Source: Eledone cirrhosa (lineage: Eukaryota). Taken from it: a stretch of DNA of 64,000 nt. The notes below the pieces were generated by a model. It ran no database searches, was not told where the DNA came from, and saw nothing but the letters and a program-made list of their open reading frames with translations. Below are positions 61,049 through 64,000 of this stretch, piece by piece. The stretch lies in the NCBI GenBank assembly GCA_964016885.1, contig OZ024759.1, positions 4,216,001 to 4,280,000 of the forward strand, in the 5' to 3' direction. A program made the position numbers and the translations under genes. Position 1 is the first letter of the stretch, and each line of letters starts with the position of its first letter.

Positions 61049-64000
61049 CTAGCTGACGTACCCAGCTTCGCCAGGGTAAACAGATGATAAGAGAAGACAG
61101 GTAAAAGAGAAAATGTCTGTATTGGATGTTTGTCTGGTTACAGTGTGAAGCGAGTCCGTGTTGTCTGTGTGATACAAAAAAACTGTAAAAGAAATCTTCC
61201 AGATATACCAGATTCTTCGTTGTCCGGTTTGTGCATAGTATATGAACAATTCTAGGTGCTCCTACCTAGAATAGTGACCTCTAGGAGATGGTTCCTCTTC
61301 GGCCTGACTGGAAAACGTGTATCATTGCATAGACGTGGTTGTTCCACGTTTCTCAAAAGGATGATGGAAGTTCCAATCTGTTATATTATATGTAGATATA
61401 GATATAGATAATTAATAAAAAAGATGTCCGTCAATGTAAAGAAGGTCCCTATTTACTTGAAATGGTTTATACAAATGCCAAATTAATATGGATATGGATA
61501 ACCTGCTTATCTATAAGTGGTCAGCTATAATAATAAACCAACAAATTATATGACACAAAAATTTATTCAGTAATTTCCAGGCTCTTAGCCACTGAGTAAT
61601 AGACAGTCAATATTGCCCAGATTTCAACTCGGGGAGGTGGCCTGGTTTGAACTCAAAATGGCGGATCCTTCTACTTCGAAAATAGAATGGTTTTTCAATA
61701 TTACTCTAGCCCTGGCCGGCCATAGGCACCAAACTTTTTGCCAGACTCAGCATATGATGAGGTTTTATTACCACTGCAATCAGAAGCGATAAATTTGAAG
61801 GCAATTTCTACCAATACTTGTTGGTTTTTATTGCTCATTATCGACAATAAATGACATTGAACATAAATGATAACTCTGCCAAAGCTCACAATACAGATGA
61901 AAGGAAACCAATGTCCGAATCATATACGTCGCTTATTGATAGCATTAAAGATATGCATACATCAGCTCAAAGCTTCATTATAGACAATATTTAGGTTTGT
62001 TCCTCTGTTAGTGGTATCAATTGCAAATTTTATACCATCAGGATCGCACACTCGAGATGCAGCAACATAGAGTTGCCCATGGCTGGATCATTCAAGCAGA
62101 TACCGACTCGCTTGAAAGTCTGTCCCTGTGCCTTGTTGACAGTCATGGAGAAGGCCAAATTGACGGGAAACTGTCTCCTTTGCCAAATAAATGGCAGCAG
62201 ATCTTCACTTGGTCTCAGCATGATCCTCGGAATGAGAACCGATGCCTCTCTGCCTGGGAGTTTAGCTTCTAAAACTCTTCCGTTAATCAATCTCTCAACA
62301 ATCAATCTGGTACCATTGCAAAGACCCATTTTATGATTGATATTTCTAAGCAATATAATCGGCAAACCCTTTTTCAACCTCAAAATATGTGGGGGAAATC
62401 CGGGTATTTGAAGTGAATTCAGATACTCAGTCGGAACATCCATACTGTTCTGCTGATTAGGCTCCATTGCAGGAAACATTCCGGCTACTTGTGAATTTAT
62501 TTCATCGACCGTTGCATTCGTATGAGTTAGAATAACACGTTCCGATATTCAGGAGATATTCTGCCAAAAAGCATTCAAATTAGGGAACACCCAGTCAATC
62601 AATCAAGCCTTGGCGGTCCAGTGGCATGACCAAATGGTCTGGGATTTATACAGTCTGATTATCACCAGCGTGTGGCAATTCATCGTTTCCCAACTGCATC
62701 AACCATCGGCCGTATGTCTCAGCCTCTTCGTTTTGCCCGAACATAGGAAGTCGCATATTATCGTGTAATCGCAAAACTCTGAAATGGCGCCACAACGGGG
62801 ACTTTTTCAGACATGCATTGACAATTTGTGCTCTTTGAGCATTCCTAACAATTGGTAGCACCTGTCTGAAATCGCCACCAACAACGATAGTCTTACCACT
62901 GAATGGCAGGTCACTACCGCAGATATCTCTCAAAGTTCTGTCCAATGCCTCCAGCAAATATCTGTGTGCCATTGGAGCCTTGTCCCAAATAATCAGAGAC
63001 GTATTGCGTATAAGGCCCGCGAGTTCACTTTGTCCTGTAATATTACAGAAACTCAACTCATCTGGAGCCAATGGAGCCTTGAAGCATGAGTGGAAGGTCC
63101 TTCCACCACTCAGCAAAGTGGCAGCGATGCCCCTGGTGGGCACAGGGAGAGCAATCTTCCTCTGAGCTCTGACTGCCGATAACATAGTGTTGAAACAGAA
63201 TGTCTTTCCGGTGCCTCCTGGAACATCTATGAAAGCACAAAGTTGCTCATTAGTGGAAATCGAGTGGAGAGCGCCATCAACCAATTCTCTGTGAGATTAG
63301 GTCAACATTGGCATACGTTCATCCACAATACGTTGCTTTTCCAGTGGATCAAACTGGAATAGTTCCCTCCGATCGAGTGGCAACCGTCTAAGCTGCAATC
63401 TCATGTTCAATGCTAAGACACGTTGCCGCATTTCTTCATCAGGAATTGGTAAATTGAAATCTGTTAAACATTTCAAATGAACTTCGAGCAGTTGCTCAAT
63501 ATTGAGCAAAACAATAGCTTTCAGCAAATTTTCATCATAGACCTGAAGATGGTGCCTAAAATCATCAGCCATAATTCCCCAATGGCGTTCGAATAACTCT
63601 CTTGGATCGGCAGGATTGCAGAATCCTAGAATCGTGACAAACAACTGCCTTATTCGAGCTGGCATCTGTGTTGTTCCTGCAGCTTCCATGGCGTTATACC
63701 ATTCAGCGTCATCCTGAAGGAGTCCCAGATGCTGACACACAGCCTGGTATCTTTTATATTCCACGCCATTGATTGTTTTCAAATCAGCGAAGCTCTGTTT
63801 ACCTCTCGAAAAATCACTATGCAACAGAACTCGGAGATAAAACACATCACCAGATGCTGGATGGACATTACAAACCCGTCCAATAGTCATGAATCTCAAC
63901 TTTTGTTTTCTATCATTCCATTTCTTTCCCTTCTTATCCCACGTATAGTGCGAAGGGAAATCGCAGTAGAGTTGCTTTTGATCCGGGTTCAAAGCATGTT
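61049..64000 (-). mobile_element. 3' part of a RepHel-encoding Helitron (decayed), extends past the window end
   Basis: Hairpin CCCTGGCGAAGCTGGG followed by CTAG terminus at 61049-61052; helicase ORF pieces upstream. Confidence 0.9.
61970..63992 (-). pseudogene. Helitron RepHel PIF1-like helicase region, disrupted
   Basis: FYLRVLL, GLLQDDAEW, PGGTGKT, IIWDK (DE mutated), GDFRQVLP, CNGTRL, RRQFP..AFSMTVNKAQGQT; stop at 63297 and frameshifts. Confidence 0.9.

Overview
AT-rich, repeat-dense animal genomic DNA. A coleoid cephalopod (Octopus-like) origin is inferred from the [13 protein letters not shown] zinc-finger style, RTE LINEs with (GAT)n tails, CORE-type and other tRNA SINEs, and dense (AT)n tracts. 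The backbone is a minus-strand gene for an extracellular F-type lectin (FTP) plus multi-EGF protein. It has eight symmetric phase-1 exons between 28130 and 1259, a probable signal-peptide exon near 39.2-39.9 kb, and it continues beyond position 1. The gene carries three lesions: an AT instead of GT donor, a frameshifted EGF exon, and a frame-restoring 49-bp minisatellite with three in-frame TAG codons. The AT donor and the TAG codons are the kind of lesion A-to-I editing could repair; this is a hypothesis, and pseudogenization is the simpler explanation. Mobile DNA includes an intact 1038-aa RTE LINE with a PHD finger inside its RT, a full-length decayed Tx1 LINE inside a satellite, a deleted Gypsy with a tRNA-Trp PBS, three Helitron pieces, hAT/pogo/Tc1/piggyBac-like MITEs and many SINEs. 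There is also a decayed C2H2 zinc-finger gene. Beyond routine annotation the window shows several minimal hammerhead ribozymes, a monomer-to-satellite series inside one TTAA MITE family, a satellite derived from an RTE coding segment, and a 624-bp higher-order repeat. All coordinates were read by eye; SINE and fragment edges are approximate.
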